Below, piece after piece: positions 15,325 through 26,457 of a stretch of DNA of 64,000 nt. The notes under the pieces are model-generated. The model was not told the DNA's origin, did no database searches, and saw only the letters and a list, made by a program, of their open reading frames with translations. Position 1 is the first letter of the stretch; the number at the start of each line of letters is the position of its first letter. A program made the position numbers and the translations under genes. Source of the stretch: a virus; the IMG/VR virus record IMGVR_UViG_3300035492_000217; one strand, written 5' to 3'.

Positions 15325-18300
15325 ATGAGCAACAAGTTCGAGATCGACTTTTCCGAAGCGCTTCGGCAGCTGGCGGAGTTCCAGGCAAAGACACGCGGAC
15401 TTGGAGAATCGCTGGATAAGGTCCAGCAGGCAGCAAAGGCCCCGGTTGGTGCAGCCGGCAAGCTCATGAAGGAAATGCACCAACACTTCAGCGAGCTGGA
15501 GAAGGCGCTGGAGCGAGTTGGGGTAGATGCAGAGGCAGCAGGGGCAGCGGTAAAGCGGTCTAGAGACACCGCCCAGGGGCTATTTTCCAAGCTAGCCGCC
15601 GACAACCTGACCCTGACGACGCGCGCCCGCGCGTACAACGGCGAGCTGAAAGAGCTGGAGCGGCTGCTCAAGGACACCGGCGCCAAGAGCAGTTTCGTCA
15701 AGTGGGCAGAGCGCACCAACAACATCACGGCCGAGCTCAGCAACCAGAACCGGTACCTGGTCAAGGCTATCCAGGCTGGGCTGACCGCGGAAGGTCAGTA
15801 CAACCAGCGCCTGAAGGCGAAGCTGGCAACAAACCAGCGCATCCTGAACGCAGAAGAGGCCAGAAAGCTCAAGACCATTGAACTCGAGCACGCCATCCAG
15901 AGCCTTGACTCGGCGGAAGGGAGGGCTCTGGCCAGCGCCCAGGTACGGCTGGCAGCCAATCGCCGGGCAATCTCCGAAGACGAGCGTCGCCGGGAGAAGC
16001 TGAACGAGCTGGAGCGCCAGTACGCCAGTCTGCACGGAGGAGTGGAGCAGGACATCGTCCTGCTGCAGCGGCAGATTGCCGAGCGCCGAAGGCAGATCAC
16101 AGGCGATGAAAGAGCCAAGCAGTCGGTATCCGCGCTGACACAGGCCCAGGCCGAGCAGAACGCACAGACGGCGCGCCAAGCCTCTGCGCTGAAGGCGGCC
16201 AACCAGGTCATCCAGGAGACGGCAAACGCCCTGCACGGAATGACCAGGGCCGAAGCCGAGGCAGTCGCTCGGTCAGAGGCGCTGAAGGCGGCCAACAAGC
16301 GTGCCTCTGAGGCATTGCTGGACGAGGCCAGGGCAGCGCACGGCATGAGCAAGGCTCAGCTTGAGCTGAGCAGGGCCAGGCAGACCGAGATCGATCGCCT
16401 CGAGCGGCTGAAGGTCCAGAAAGATCTGATCAGCGGAGCCTATGGGCGCGAACTGGCACAGACTCGCCGGCAGATCGCTGAGCAAGAGCGCTACAACCGC
16501 CTGCTGGCCATGAGCACGACTGAGCTGTTGGGCCTGTCAAACGCGCAGAAGAAGCTCTCCCTGGCCCAGGCGTCTGGCTCACAATCCGCCGCTATGCTGC
16601 GCGCCGGACTCGCAGGACTGCATACCAGCATTGGCATGTATACCAGCGCCACGATCGTAGCGGCATCCTCTACCTATGCGATCGCCGCCGGCCTGCGCAG
16701 CGCGATCACAGTCGGGTCTGAGTTCTCCGCAACCATGGCGCGGGCCGACGCCATTATGTCCACCTCCAGGCCGGCGTGGATGTCGGACAACGGCAGCATG
16801 GCGGCGATGGAGGTGCAAGTCAGGGCCCTGGGCCAGAGCACTGCATACACGGCGTCTCAGGTAGCAGAGGGCCTCGGCGAACTCGGGATGGCAGGCCTGT
16901 CAGCCGGTGATGCCGTGCTGGCACTGCGCCCGGCGCTCGACCTGGCCATGATCGGCAACATCAGCATGGGCCAGTCCGCTGACATCGCCACCAACGTGAT
17001 GATGACGTTCGGCAAGACAGCGGGGGAGCTGACTGAAGTGGTGGACGTGATGGCGACCGCGGTCACCAACTCCAACACCACAATCGAGCAGCTGGCGAAC
17101 TCCCTGACCTACGCTGGCCCTGCCGCACAGACCGCAGGCATCTCGATGCGCGATACGGTCGCGGCCATCGAAGCCATGGCCAACTCCGGCATCAAATCAT
17201 CGCGCTCCGGTACCGCGCTGCGCCGGCTGTTCGTCAGCTTGGTGAACCCGACCAAGAAGGGCGCGGCGATGTTGGAGCAGTACGGGATCTCCGTACTGGA
17301 CGCCGAGGGCAAGACCCGCGGCCTCGTGGACATCGTGACCCAGCTCAGCAAGGCGTTGAGCAACGTATCAGGCGCCGAGCGCCTTGGCGCGATCCAAGAC
17401 CTGGTCGGCGTCTACGCTACCTCGCCGGTGGCTGCGCTGGTCGACCAGGCTGACAACCTGGTGCACCTGCGCAACCAGCTCGACAACGTGGCCGGCGCTG
17501 CTGAGCGCATGCGCGAGAAGATCGAGGACACCCTGTCCAAGGACTGGAACCAGGTCGTCTCGGCGTTCCAGGAAGTGCAGCTGACGGCCTTCGACGCCTA
17601 CGAGATGAAGATGCGCGAGGGGTCGATGCGGCTGGCCCAGTGGCTCGTCCAGCTCACCGAGCCGATCGAGACGCTGGCTGACGGGTCTACCATCTCGCAG
17701 CTGGACATGGTTCTGCAGAGGGCAGAAAACCTCGCCAAGGTCATTGGGATGGTCGGGGCGGGGCTCATCACCTTCAAGGCCGCCTCCGTCGGGGGAAACC
17801 TGGTAGGGGCACTGGCGGGCGACCTCGGCAAGCTCAACACCGTCTACGACGTGCTCAAGGTCAAGGCTGGGACTGCTGCCGCCAGCGTCAACGCATTTGA
17901 CCTGGCCGCAGCCAGGGCCGCAGCATCGGCTCGGCTGCAGTACGCAGCAAACCAGCCACTGGCAGCCAGCCTGTCAGTGGTCAGCAGCACCGCCAGGGGC
18001 GCTGTAGCTGCCCTCGGAGGGCTGTCAGTAGCCCTGACTGCCGTGTCCAGGGCGCTCGGCTGGGTAGGCCTCATCTGGGGCATCTACGAGGCCGGTAAAG
18101 CAGCCTTCGGCTCTGATGCTCGCCAGGACCTGATCGACCAGCGATCGGAGGTGGACAATCTCAGGTCCAGCTACGAACAACTCAAGGACCAGATGAAGCA
18201 GGTCTCCTTGGAGAAGGAGAAGGAAGCGCTTCGCGGCAATATCCAGGCCGACCAAAAGAGCATCGAAGAGCTTCGGCAGAGGAACTCCGGCATACCGTCC

Positions 18301-20598
18301 AGCCTCGATGCCAAGGGGGCTGGGCTTGACGACTCGACCAGATCCTCTCTTCAGGCCATGATCGAGGCCAACAACTACCAGATCACGCAGTTCGAAAAGC
18401 ATATCGAGGCCACCAGCAAAAAGCTGGCCGAGATGGGCAGCACTGCCATGGACGCGGTGAAAAGCCAGGACGCGCAGATTGCCGCGGCGCAGAAGGTGGT
18501 CGAGACATACGAGCGCTTCGCCGAGGCAAAGGCCTCCCTTGACGCAAGGGCAGCAGCCGGGACGGTCTCTGCAGCCGACATGGAGACACTTGCGTCGGCG
18601 GAGAGGGCCTGGAAGGATGCGCTTGCCGCCGCCGCACAGGCCAATACCAAGGTGGTGGAAGTACGCGAGAACCTGGTGTCTCTAGGAGAAATAGCTGCTG
18701 CGGACGCCGCCAGGCAGGACCAGGAGGCCCTGGCCAAGCAGCTAGAGACCAGCGCCAGCGCCACACAGAAGCTGGCCACGGCCCGCGGCGAACTGCTGCG
18801 CATCGATAACGAAATAGCCGCGCTGTCCAAGCAGGACCAGGCAGCGATTGACTCAGGCGGTCAGCGCCCCGGTCAAGACACGTACAACAGGCTGAGCTCT
18901 CACAGGGAGGAGGTCGCCAAAAAGGTGGCCGAGCTGCAGGCTGAAGCTGACACCGAAGCCCAAGCGCTTTCAGACGCCCGCCGCGCCCTGGAGGACTTCT
19001 ACCGCAGCGACGCAGAGAACCTGGCCGTACTCAAAGAAGACCTCGCCGACGTAATGCTGATGCGGGTCATCAATAACCAGCTGATCGCGGAGGGTGGTCA
19101 GCTCGGCGCCGAAGCATCAGTGGCTGAGGCTGAGCGCCTGAAGAAAGAGCTGCAGCTGCGGCAAGCCATTGCGTCGCTCGAGGAAAAGCTCAGCAAGCCG
19201 GCCAAGAAGACCTCGGTCGAGAGCCAGCTCGAGAAGGACCTAAAGCAGGCGCAGTCGAGCTACGAATCCCTGCGTAAGCAGGCAGATCCTCTCAGCGCGT
19301 CGCTGGATGAGGTCAACGAGAAGACGGCCCAGCTGGCCCTGCTCCACAAGCACGGAAAGATCACAGCCGAGCAGAAGGCCAAGGCCATCTGGCAGCTGCG
19401 TAAGGCCCACTACGAGCTGGCCATCGAGCAGAACGCCAACTACCAGTCGCTCGAGAAGCTGCGAGAGTCCTACCTGGACTCGCCGTTCTCGGAATCGCTG
19501 GCAGACATGATCGAGCTGAATCGGCTGCTCAGGGAGAACAACGTCTCCCTGGAGGAATACCGGCGGATCAAGGAGTCGATCGGGCGAAAGGCAGCAGAAA
19601 GCGCAACAAACGGACTACCGTCGGCCAACCTCCAACTGGGGGAAGCCTCCTCCACGCCGTTCAGCGACTGGATGGGAGTGGAGATCGAGCGGGCCCAGGG
19701 GTTGTCGCAGTACGGCAAGCGGCAGGGAGACCTGTCTACCGGATATGGAAACGACGTTGACCGCATCCAGAAGGAGTTCGAGGCAAGGCAGGCGGCTCTG
19801 GACGCCGAGTTCCTGCAGGAGTCAGAGCACGCCGAACGGCTAAAGCAGCTCGAGGAGGAAAAAAGTTCTGCCCTGTTGCAGGCCCAGCAAACCTTCGCGG
19901 ATCAGAGCCGGGCCATAGACACGGCCCGGGTTCAGTACGCCGAGCAAATGGGCCAGATGGCCTTGATTTCCATGCTCGGCAGCGCCGAGAACATCCTCGG
20001 TATGTTCGCAAGCGTCGGCGAGGACGCGACAGCTGCCCAGAAGGCCGCGTTTGTCGCGCAGAAGGCGCTGGCTATCGCCCAGATCCTGATGTACACGCAC
20101 CTTGCAGCTGCTCAAGCGATGACGATCCCAGGCGACCCGATGAAGGTGATGGGTATCCCGCTGGCTTCCTTCATCACAGCCCAGGGCTACGCATCTGCCG
20201 GGCTGGTGGCAGCGTTGTCCATCGGACAGCTCGCCGGAAAGAGCGGCAACTCTGGCAGCGGGTCTTACGCCGGCGCCTATGACGACGGCGGATTCATCCC
20301 CTACAACTCCTACGGAATCGTCGGCGAGTACGGACCGGAGATCGTGCACGGCCCGGCCAACGTGACGTCCAGAGAGAAGTCCGCCAAGCGGCTGGCCGGC
20401 TCCGGCGCGGAATACAACATCACCCTGGCGCCGCAGATCACCGTACAGACTGCAGACGGCGGCTCTGGGGGAGATGCGAACAGGCAGGCTCGTGACCTCA
20501 CTGCCGCGGTCCGCAAGACCGTGATGGACACCCTGCAGGAGCAGACCCGCCCGAACGGGGCACTGGACATCTGGATCAGGAATCAACGGAGGGCGTAA
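15325..20598 (+). CDS. tail tape measure protein
   Basis: 1757 aa. Long coiled-coil N-terminal half, central hydrophobic segments, in the canonical position. Confidence 0.95.
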   Translation: MSNKFEIDFSEALRQLAEFQAKTRGLGESLDKVQQAAKAPVGAAGKLMKEMHQHFSELEKALERVGVDAEAAGAAVKRSRDTAQGLFSKLAADNLTLTTRARAYNGELKELERLLKDTGAKSSFVKWAERTNNITAELSNQNRYLVKAIQAGLTAEGQYNQRLKAKLATNQRILNAEEARKLKTIELEHAIQSLDSAEGRALASAQVRLAANRRAISEDERRREKLNELERQYASLHGGVEQDIVLLQRQIAERRRQITGDERAKQSVSALTQAQAEQNAQTARQASALKAANQVIQETANALHGMTRAEAEAVARSEALKAANKRASEALLDEARAAHGMSKAQLELSRARQTEIDRLERLKVQKDLISGAYGRELAQTRRQIAEQERYNRLLAMSTTELLGLSNAQKKLSLAQASGSQSAAMLRAGLAGLHTSIGMYTSATIVAASSTYAIAAGLRSAITVGSEFSATMARADAIMSTSRPAWMSDNGSMAAMEVQVRALGQSTAYTASQVAEGLGELGMAGLSAGDAVLALRPALDLAMIGNISMGQSADIATNVMMTFGKTAGELTEVVDVMATAVTNSNTTIEQLANSLTYAGPAAQTAGISMRDTVAAIEAMANSGIKSSRSGTALRRLFVSLVNPTKKGAAMLEQYGISVLDAEGKTRGLVDIVTQLSKALSNVSGAERLGAIQDLVGVYATSPVAALVDQADNLVHLRNQLDNVAGAAERMREKIEDTLSKDWNQVVSAFQEVQLTAFDAYEMKMREGSMRLAQWLVQLTEPIETLADGSTISQLDMVLQRAENLAKVIGMVGAGLITFKAASVGGNLVGALAGDLGKLNTVYDVLKVKAGTAAASVNAFDLAAARAAASARLQYAANQPLAASLSVVSSTARGAVAALGGLSVALTAVSRALGWVGLIWGIYEAGKAAFGSDARQDLIDQRSEVDNLRSSYEQLKDQMKQVSLEKEKEALRGNIQADQKSIEELRQRNSGIPSSLDAKGAGLDDSTRSSLQAMIEANNYQITQFEKHIEATSKKLAEMGSTAMDAVKSQDAQIAAAQKVVETYERFAEAKASLDARAAAGTVSAADMETLASAERAWKDALAAAAQANTKVVEVRENLVSLGEIAAADAARQDQEALAKQLETSASATQKLATARGELLRIDNEIAALSKQDQAAIDSGGQRPGQDTYNRLSSHREEVAKKVAELQAEADTEAQALSDARRALEDFYRSDAENLAVLKEDLADVMLMRVINNQLIAEGGQLGAEASVAEAERLKKELQLRQAIASLEEKLSKPAKKTSVESQLEKDLKQAQSSYESLRKQADPLSASLDEVNEKTAQLALLHKHGKITAEQKAKAIWQLRKAHYELAIEQNANYQSLEKLRESYLDSPFSESLADMIELNRLLRENNVSLEEYRRIKESIGRKAAESATNGLPSANLQLGEASSTPFSDWMGVEIERAQGLSQYGKRQGDLSTGYGNDVDRIQKEFEARQAALDAEFLQESEHAERLKQLEEEKSSALLQAQQTFADQSRAIDTARVQYAEQMGQMALISMLGSAENILGMFASVGEDATAAQKAAFVAQKALAIAQILMYTHLAAAQAMTIPGDPMKVMGIPLASFITAQGYASAGLVAALSIGQLAGKSGNSGSGSYAGAYDDGGFIPYNSYGIVGEYGPEIVHGPANVTSREKSAKRLAGSGAEYNITLAPQITVQTADGGSGGDANRQARDLTAAVRKTVMDTLQEQTRPNGALDIWIRNQRRA

Positions 20599-20939
20599 TG
20601 GACACTTTCCCGGATATCGGAACCCCAGACTGGGGGTTGACCGAGGACGTAGATGCGTCAGTCACCAAGATTTCTTTCGGGGACGGGTACGAGCTGCGTC
20701 AGGCCAACGGAATCAACCACCTTCGTGACAAATGGGACCCAGTCTGGTCGTTCCTCACTCACGAGGAGGCATTGAGCACCTATGACTGGCTGAAGCAGAG
20801 GAAGGACCTGACAGCGTTCCTGTGGAACCACCCAGACGGGAGACAGGTGAAGGTCGTCTGCAAGTCCGTCAGCCTGGTTCGGAACAACTACAACGACGAT
20901 GTTCTCTCGGCGTCTTTCGTTCAGGATTTCAACCCCTGA
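20598..20939 (+). CDS. minor tail protein (lambda gpM-like)
   Basis: SFGDGYELRQANGIN resembles lambda M RFGDGYSQRAPAGLN. 113 aa. Confidence 0.85.
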   Translation: MDTFPDIGTPDWGLTEDVDASVTKISFGDGYELRQANGINHLRDKWDPVWSFLTHEEALSTYDWLKQRKDLTAFLWNHPDGRQVKVVCKSVSLVRNNYNDDVLSASFVQDFNP

Positions 20940-20961
20940 CCTGTATTTACAGAAATACAGG
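20940..20961. promoter_or_regulatory. Palindromic motif, double copy (CCTGTATTTACAGAAATACAGG)
   Basis: Starts immediately after the gpM-like stop codon, 40 nt upstream of the gpL-like ATG. Confidence 0.55.
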
Positions 20962-21001
20962 TTTCGGCTAAGGTTGGGCCACCGCAACCACCCTGAACGA
21001 T

Positions 21002-21706
21002 ATGTCCGATCTCATCGCCACCGACAGACAGCTGCTCGAGCAGGACGCGATCGTCCAGATGTTCGAACTTGACGCGAGGAAATTTGGCGACGGAATCCTT
21101 CGGTTTTCCAACAGCTCCGTGGACGGGCAGCCGATCTCTTTCAACGGGTATGTGTATCAACCGCTCCCGATAAAGGCAGAGGGGTTTACCTGGAAGGGCA
21201 ACGGCCCTATGCCCAGGCCCACCCTGACCCTCGCTGCCAAGGACCTGGTGTTCCTCAGCCTGGTGATCAACGCAGACGACCTCATCGGCTGCCCAGTGAC
21301 GCGAATTCGCACCTATCGAAAGTACCTGGACGACGGGAAGACACCCAACCCGGAGGCCATGTTCCTTCCTGACAACTACGTGATTGAGAGGAAGGTTCTG
21401 CAGAAGCGCCGGCAGATTCAGTTCGAGCTGTCCGCCCCGATGGACCAGCAGGGGCGGATGATCCCGAACAGGCAGGTACTGCGGGACTCGTGCACGCACC
21501 GTTTCCGTTTCTGGGCCAACGGTCGGTGGAATTACGACGGCGTCACATGCCCCTACACCGGCTCCGCCATGTTCAAGGTCAACGGGGAGAGCACCTCAGA
21601 CCCCAGCCAGGCGAAGTGCGGTAAGCGCATATCTGACTGCAAACGCCACTTCGGCGACAACGCAGTGCTGCCGTTCTACGGCTTTCCTGGAGTGGACAGG
21701 TTCTAG
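21002..21706 (+). CDS. minor tail protein (lambda gpL-like)
   Basis: C-terminal Cys pattern (C..RFRFW...CPYTG...KCGKRISDCKRHFG) matches lambda L. 234 aa. Confidence 0.9.
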   Translation: MSDLIATDRQLLEQDAIVQMFELDARKFGDGILRFSNSSVDGQPISFNGYVYQPLPIKAEGFTWKGNGPMPRPTLTLAAKDLVFLSLVINADDLIGCPVTRIRTYRKYLDDGKTPNPEAMFLPDNYVIERKVLQKRRQIQFELSAPMDQQGRMIPNRQVLRDSCTHRFRFWANGRWNYDGVTCPYTGSAMFKVNGESTSDPSQAKCGKRISDCKRHFGDNAVLPFYGFPGVDRF

Positions 21707-21707
21707 C

Positions 21708-22424
21708 ATGTTCGACGCGCATTTTGACCAGATCAAGGCACAGGCGATCGAAGCGTTTCCGCGAGAGGCGGTGTGGTTGATCACCGAAGGCGGTTGCCAG
21801 CAAGTAGAGAACGTCCACGAAGACCCGGAGAACTTCTTCTCTATCTCTGAAGCAGGTGCCCGGCGCGCGATGTCCGCCGGTCTGCTGGCTGTGGTGCACA
21901 GCCACCCGAGCAACATCGCAGCTCCTTCCGCTGCTGATATGCAGGGCCAGATCAACACGGCAGTACCGTGGGGCATCGTAGCCACAGACGGAGTGGTCTG
22001 CTCAGACAGCGTGTGGTGGGGCCCTGGCGTAGAGATGCAGCCGTTAATTGGCCGAGGATTCAGGCACGGAACGGCCGACTGCTATTCCCTCATCCGGGAC
22101 TACTACCGCCTCAAGCGAGGGGTAACGCTGCAGGAGTTTCCGAGGGATTGGCTCTGGTGGGAGGCCGGCGAGACCCACTTCGTGGATGGCTTCCCGAGGG
22201 CTGGCTTCGTCCGCATCGACGAGGACGACGCGCGGCCTGGCGACGTTTGGCTTGCACAGATCAGGAGCGACACGCCGAACCACGGCGGGATATTGCTCGA
22301 GGACGAACTCATCCTCCATCAGCCTGGCGGCAAGGTGCCCGTAGATCTCTCGAAGCTGTCAGTCCGTGAGCCAGTCTTCCGCTACCGGCGCCACATAACC
22401 CACTGGCTGAGGTACGCAGGGTGA
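21708..22424 (+). CDS. tail tip assembly protein (lambda gpK-like; JAB/MPN plus NlpC/P60)
   Basis: JAMM motif HSHPSNIAAPSAAD, followed by an NlpC/P60-type Cys (GTADCYSLIRDYY). Confidence 0.9.
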   Translation: MFDAHFDQIKAQAIEAFPREAVWLITEGGCQQVENVHEDPENFFSISEAGARRAMSAGLLAVVHSHPSNIAAPSAADMQGQINTAVPWGIVATDGVVCSDSVWWGPGVEMQPLIGRGFRHGTADCYSLIRDYYRLKRGVTLQEFPRDWLWWEAGETHFVDGFPRAGFVRIDEDDARPGDVWLAQIRSDTPNHGGILLEDELILHQPGGKVPVDLSKLSVREPVFRYRRHITHWLRYAG

Positions 22425-22981
22425 GGACGGTCTACCTCCACGGCCACCTCGGTGAGCGGTTCGGGGCGTCATTCCGCCTCGACGTCGACACCCCACAGGA
22501 AGCCGCACGGGCCTTGGCCGTACAGCTTCCAGGGTTCTCCCAGGTTATCCGGGCTGGTAACTGGCACATCGTTCGTGGCCCCCTCGAGGGCCGAGACGAA
22601 GTCGACGAGAAGAGCTTGGAGGTGACCCTCGGCACGTACAGCGAGATTCACTTCATCCCGGCCATCGAAGGGGCCAACAGCGGGTGGGTCAGTACGATAG
22701 TTGGAGTTGTCCTGGTTGTGGCCGGCGTCATGACAGGCAACGCGGCCCTTGTCGGAATGGGCGTTGGAATGACCGTAGGGGGGATCGTCCAGCTGACCAC
22801 GGCAATGCCTGGAGTGGATATGGACGAAACGCAGGGAGTCGATGAGCGAGCCTCTTACCTGTTCAACGGACCCTCGAATAGGTCGAAGCAGGGCGGAGCT
22901 GTTCCGCGCGGATACGGCCGCCTCAAGGTAGGCAGCATCGTCATCAGTGCCGGACTGTTCGCCGAGGAGATCCCCTTGTGA
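22421..22981 (+). CDS. tail assembly protein (lambda gpI-like)
   Basis: 186 aa with a central hydrophobic segment, between the K-like and J-like genes. Confidence 0.8.
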   Translation: MRTVYLHGHLGERFGASFRLDVDTPQEAARALAVQLPGFSQVIRAGNWHIVRGPLEGRDEVDEKSLEVTLGTYSEIHFIPAIEGANSGWVSTIVGVVLVVAGVMTGNAALVGMGVGMTVGGIVQLTTAMPGVDMDETQGVDERASYLFNGPSNRSKQGGAVPRGYGRLKVGSIVISAGLFAEEIPL

Positions 22982-25900
22982 TCCAAGCCATTCACGGCGC
23001 CGGCGGCGGTGGCAAGTCAAAGAAGCAGCGTACGCCGGTCGAAGCCCCTAACACGCTCCGCAGCAAAACACAGGGACGCATCCTTGACCTTATCGCGCAC
23101 GGTCCGATCGTCGGCCTGGTGAACGGGCTGCAGTCCATCGAGCTGGACGACACACCGCTGCAGAACGCAGACGGTTCGTTCAACTTCTCAGGGGTAACGG
23201 TACACACCAGAGAGGGATACCCGGACCAGGACTACGTCCCTGGGTTCCCGGCCGTAGAGAACTCTATTGAGATCAACACGGAGGTCAAGTACGACACTCC
23301 CGTCGTCCGCCGAGTATCGAACGACGAGGCTGATGCCGTGGTCGTGACCGTTCAGCTCTCTGCGCTCAGCAAGTCCAGCGCAAGCAGCGGGGATATGAAT
23401 GGCTACTCTGTGCCGGTAGCCATCGACGTGCAGGCAGCCGGAGGGGCCTGGCGAACTGCGGTATCCGATACGGTCATAGGTAAGACAACCTCACCGTATC
23501 AACGGTCCTACCGAGTGCCGCTGGATGGAAACGGACCGTTCGATATCCGCGTGCGCCGCACCTCCAAGGAGTCAACCAGCCAATACATCCGCGATCAGCT
23601 GAGCTGGGCCACCATGGTGGAGGTAGTTGACGCCAAGCTGAGTTACCCGGACAGCGCGCTTGTAGGGATCGAGGTCGATGCCTCTCTGTTCGGCTCGCAG
23701 CTGCCGTCCCGGACTTACGACGTCAAGCTCAGCATCATCAGCGTCCCAAGCAACTACGACCCAGAAACCAGGAAATATACCGGCATCTGGGACGGCTCCT
23801 TCAAGCAGGCCTGGACCGACAACCCCGCCTGGGTTTTTTACGACTTGGCCACACACCCTGTCATCGGCGCCAACGTAAAGAACGTCGATAAGTGGGCCCT
23901 CTATGCCATCGGAAAATACTGCGACGAGCTAGTCCCTGACGGCTATGGCGGCATGGAGCCGAGGTTTACCGTCAACACCATCTTCAACACCCGCGAGGAG
24001 GCGAACACCGTCCTGTCCAACCTCGCGTCGGTGTTTCGCGGGATGTCGTACTGGGGGTCCGACAGCATCGTGCCGGTGGCCGACATGCCCGCCGACCCGG
24101 TCAAGTTGGTCACCCCGGCGAACGCGGTAGACGGCGACTTCGAATACTCCGGCACATCGCTACGTGAGCGCCACTCCGTAGCGATCGTCATGTGGAACGA
24201 CCCTGACGACAACTACAAGCTGAAGCCAGAATTCGTCGAGGATCCGGACAGCATTGAGTTGTTCGGTTGGAGAGAGACCCAGGTTACTGCGTTGGGCTGT
24301 ACCTCCCGGGGCCAGGCCAGGAGACTCGGGGGATGGATTCTCTACTCCGAGCGAATGGAGACCCAGACCCTTACCTACCGAGCATCAGCAGACCACGCGG
24401 ACCTGCGCCCTGGTGAGTTCATCCAGGTTGCTGACCCGGACCTGGCCGGCGCAAGAATGGGCGGGAGGGTGACGATTCCTGGAACTTCAGAGCTTACCCT
24501 GGACAAGGTGCCAGAGCAGGTGTCCAGCGACACTTGGTTCCTCTCTGTTGTCCTTCCGTCAGGATCCATCGAGTGTAAGCAGGTAAAGTCGTTCGCAGGC
24601 GATCAGGTGACCCTGCTCGAGCCGCTGAGTGTAGCCCCGCTGGCCGGCGCCGTGTGGGTCCTGGCCAGCTTATCTGTGACGCTGCCACTGTACCGTGTGG
24701 TATCCGTCGACGAGGACCCGGACGAGCCCGTCTACACGGTGACCGCCACTGAGCACGACCCGAACAAGTATTCGAAGGTTGAGCTAGGGCTGCAAATACC
24801 AGAGACGCAGAACAGCTACCTTCCCAGCGGCCCGGTGGCCTCGCCAATGGACATCACGGCAGTCGCCAACAAGTACCTGGCAGGCGGGGTCGAACACCAG
24901 CGGATCACCATTGGCTGGACACCGAGCAAGGATGTCAGGGTCACCGAGTACATCCTGGAGGCTATGGGTCCAACCGACGTCTCATTCCGCACCCTGTACG
25001 TCGGCGCAGGCACCTCTTTCGACGAGTCGGACGCCGGCGCTGGCCAGTGGATGTTCAGACTGAAGGCGGTGACTTCCACCGGCCGCTCCTCGCCGTGGGT
25101 CTCCAGAACCATTCAAATATCCAACCTCCTGCTGCCCACTCCGCCGGACAGCGTAGATGTGAGCGTGGCGACGTTCAGTATCGCCCTGTACCCGCGCAGC
25201 GCATACCCAGGGGCCACGTTCGAGTTCTGGAGATCACCGGTAGCGCTGACCTACGACCTGATCGAGTCGAACGCGGTGCGCCTCAGCGTTTCGTCAGACC
25301 TGGTCGATGCCGGGCTGCGATCAGGTACGCAGTATTTCTACTACATCCGCGGCGCCAATGCTTACGGGCTGTCCACCTGGTATCCGGTGCAGGCGACGAC
25401 TGCTGAAGACTTCGACGACATCCTCGACGCCGTAGACACCGACATCCGCAAGCCCGGCGGGCTTTTCGAGCAAATGATCGACGAAGCCAAGACTGCGGTA
25501 GGTGAGGGAGTAGCAGAAGAGGCCGCCGCGCTGGTCCGGGCTGACATCGATGCAGCGATGGCCGAACTCAGCCTGCTGGACGACCGCGTAGACGACCTCG
25601 GCGCTGGGGTGCACAGCCTCGAGCTGATGAATGAGCTCGAAACGGTACGCTATCTGGCGACTGTGGCGATGCACGAGGGTAACTCAGCCCGGGCGTCTAC
25701 GGAGGAGGCTACCAGGGCAGACGAGGACAGCAGTCTGGCAGCGCAGATCACCACGCTTCAGGCTATCTTCGACAACAACCAGGCTACGGTAACCGAGAGC
25801 CTTACCGCCCTGGCTGACGCAGACCAGGCAATCTCCAACCGAGTGGATACTCTGCAGGCCCAAGTTGGAGATGACATCCAGGCCCAGATCCAGGCCGAAG

Positions 25901-26457
25901 CCACCGCCCGCGCTGACGCAGACTCGGCGTTGTCTCAGCAGATCACCGCCCTCTCTGCCTCCACGGGCGATCAATTCGCCTCACTGTCGACGACCTATTC
26001 AACGAAGGCCTACACCGATGGGGCAGTGGCCCGGGCGGTGACCACCGCCACTGTGAACGGAAAGAAGGCTGTCTTCGGCATCTCGGTGGACGGGGTGGTC
26101 TCGGAGATCGGCGCCATCGCTGACCGGTTCTATGTCTACAACCCGGCCGGCGGCACCTACACCCTGGCGTTCGCCGTGGTCAACGGTCAGACGGTCATCC
26201 AGGACGCACTGATCCGTGACGGCTCTATCAACACTGCCAAGATCGCGGATGCGGCGATCACCATGGCGAAGATCAGCAGCGCCATCCAGTCAGACAACTA
26301 CGTGGAGGGCATGAGCGGGTGGAGGCTTACTAGGGCAGGGGAGTTCGAGATCAACGGAAGTGTGGCCGGGCAAGGAAGAGTGAAGATTACCAACCAGCTG
26401 GTTGAGGTGTTTGATTCAAATGGGACGAGACGGGTTAGGTTGGGGATCTGGGCATGA
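22978..26457 (+). CDS. tail tip / host specificity protein (lambda gpJ-like)
   Basis: 1159 aa. The N-terminus (GGGGKSKKQRTPVEAPNTLRSK) is typical of J proteins. GTG start overlaps the upstream stop. Confidence 0.9.
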   Translation: MIQAIHGAGGGGKSKKQRTPVEAPNTLRSKTQGRILDLIAHGPIVGLVNGLQSIELDDTPLQNADGSFNFSGVTVHTREGYPDQDYVPGFPAVENSIEINTEVKYDTPVVRRVSNDEADAVVVTVQLSALSKSSASSGDMNGYSVPVAIDVQAAGGAWRTAVSDTVIGKTTSPYQRSYRVPLDGNGPFDIRVRRTSKESTSQYIRDQLSWATMVEVVDAKLSYPDSALVGIEVDASLFGSQLPSRTYDVKLSIISVPSNYDPETRKYTGIWDGSFKQAWTDNPAWVFYDLATHPVIGANVKNVDKWALYAIGKYCDELVPDGYGGMEPRFTVNTIFNTREEANTVLSNLASVFRGMSYWGSDSIVPVADMPADPVKLVTPANAVDGDFEYSGTSLRERHSVAIVMWNDPDDNYKLKPEFVEDPDSIELFGWRETQVTALGCTSRGQARRLGGWILYSERMETQTLTYRASADHADLRPGEFIQVADPDLAGARMGGRVTIPGTSELTLDKVPEQVSSDTWFLSVVLPSGSIECKQVKSFAGDQVTLLEPLSVAPLAGAVWVLASLSVTLPLYRVVSVDEDPDEPVYTVTATEHDPNKYSKVELGLQIPETQNSYLPSGPVASPMDITAVANKYLAGGVEHQRITIGWTPSKDVRVTEYILEAMGPTDVSFRTLYVGAGTSFDESDAGAGQWMFRLKAVTSTGRSSPWVSRTIQISNLLLPTPPDSVDVSVATFSIALYPRSAYPGATFEFWRSPVALTYDLIESNAVRLSVSSDLVDAGLRSGTQYFYYIRGANAYGLSTWYPVQATTAEDFDDILDAVDTDIRKPGGLFEQMIDEAKTAVGEGVAEEAAALVRADIDAAMAELSLLDDRVDDLGAGVHSLELMNELETVRYLATVAMHEGNSARASTEEATRADEDSSLAAQITTLQAIFDNNQATVTESLTALADADQAISNRVDTLQAQVGDDIQAQIQAEATARADADSALSQQITALSASTGDQFASLSTTYSTKAYTDGAVARAVTTATVNGKKAVFGISVDGVVSEIGAIADRFYVYNPAGGTYTLAFAVVNGQTVIQDALIRDGSINTAKIADAAITMAKISSAIQSDNYVEGMSGWRLTRAGEFEINGSVAGQGRVKITNQLVEVFDSNGTRRVRLGIWA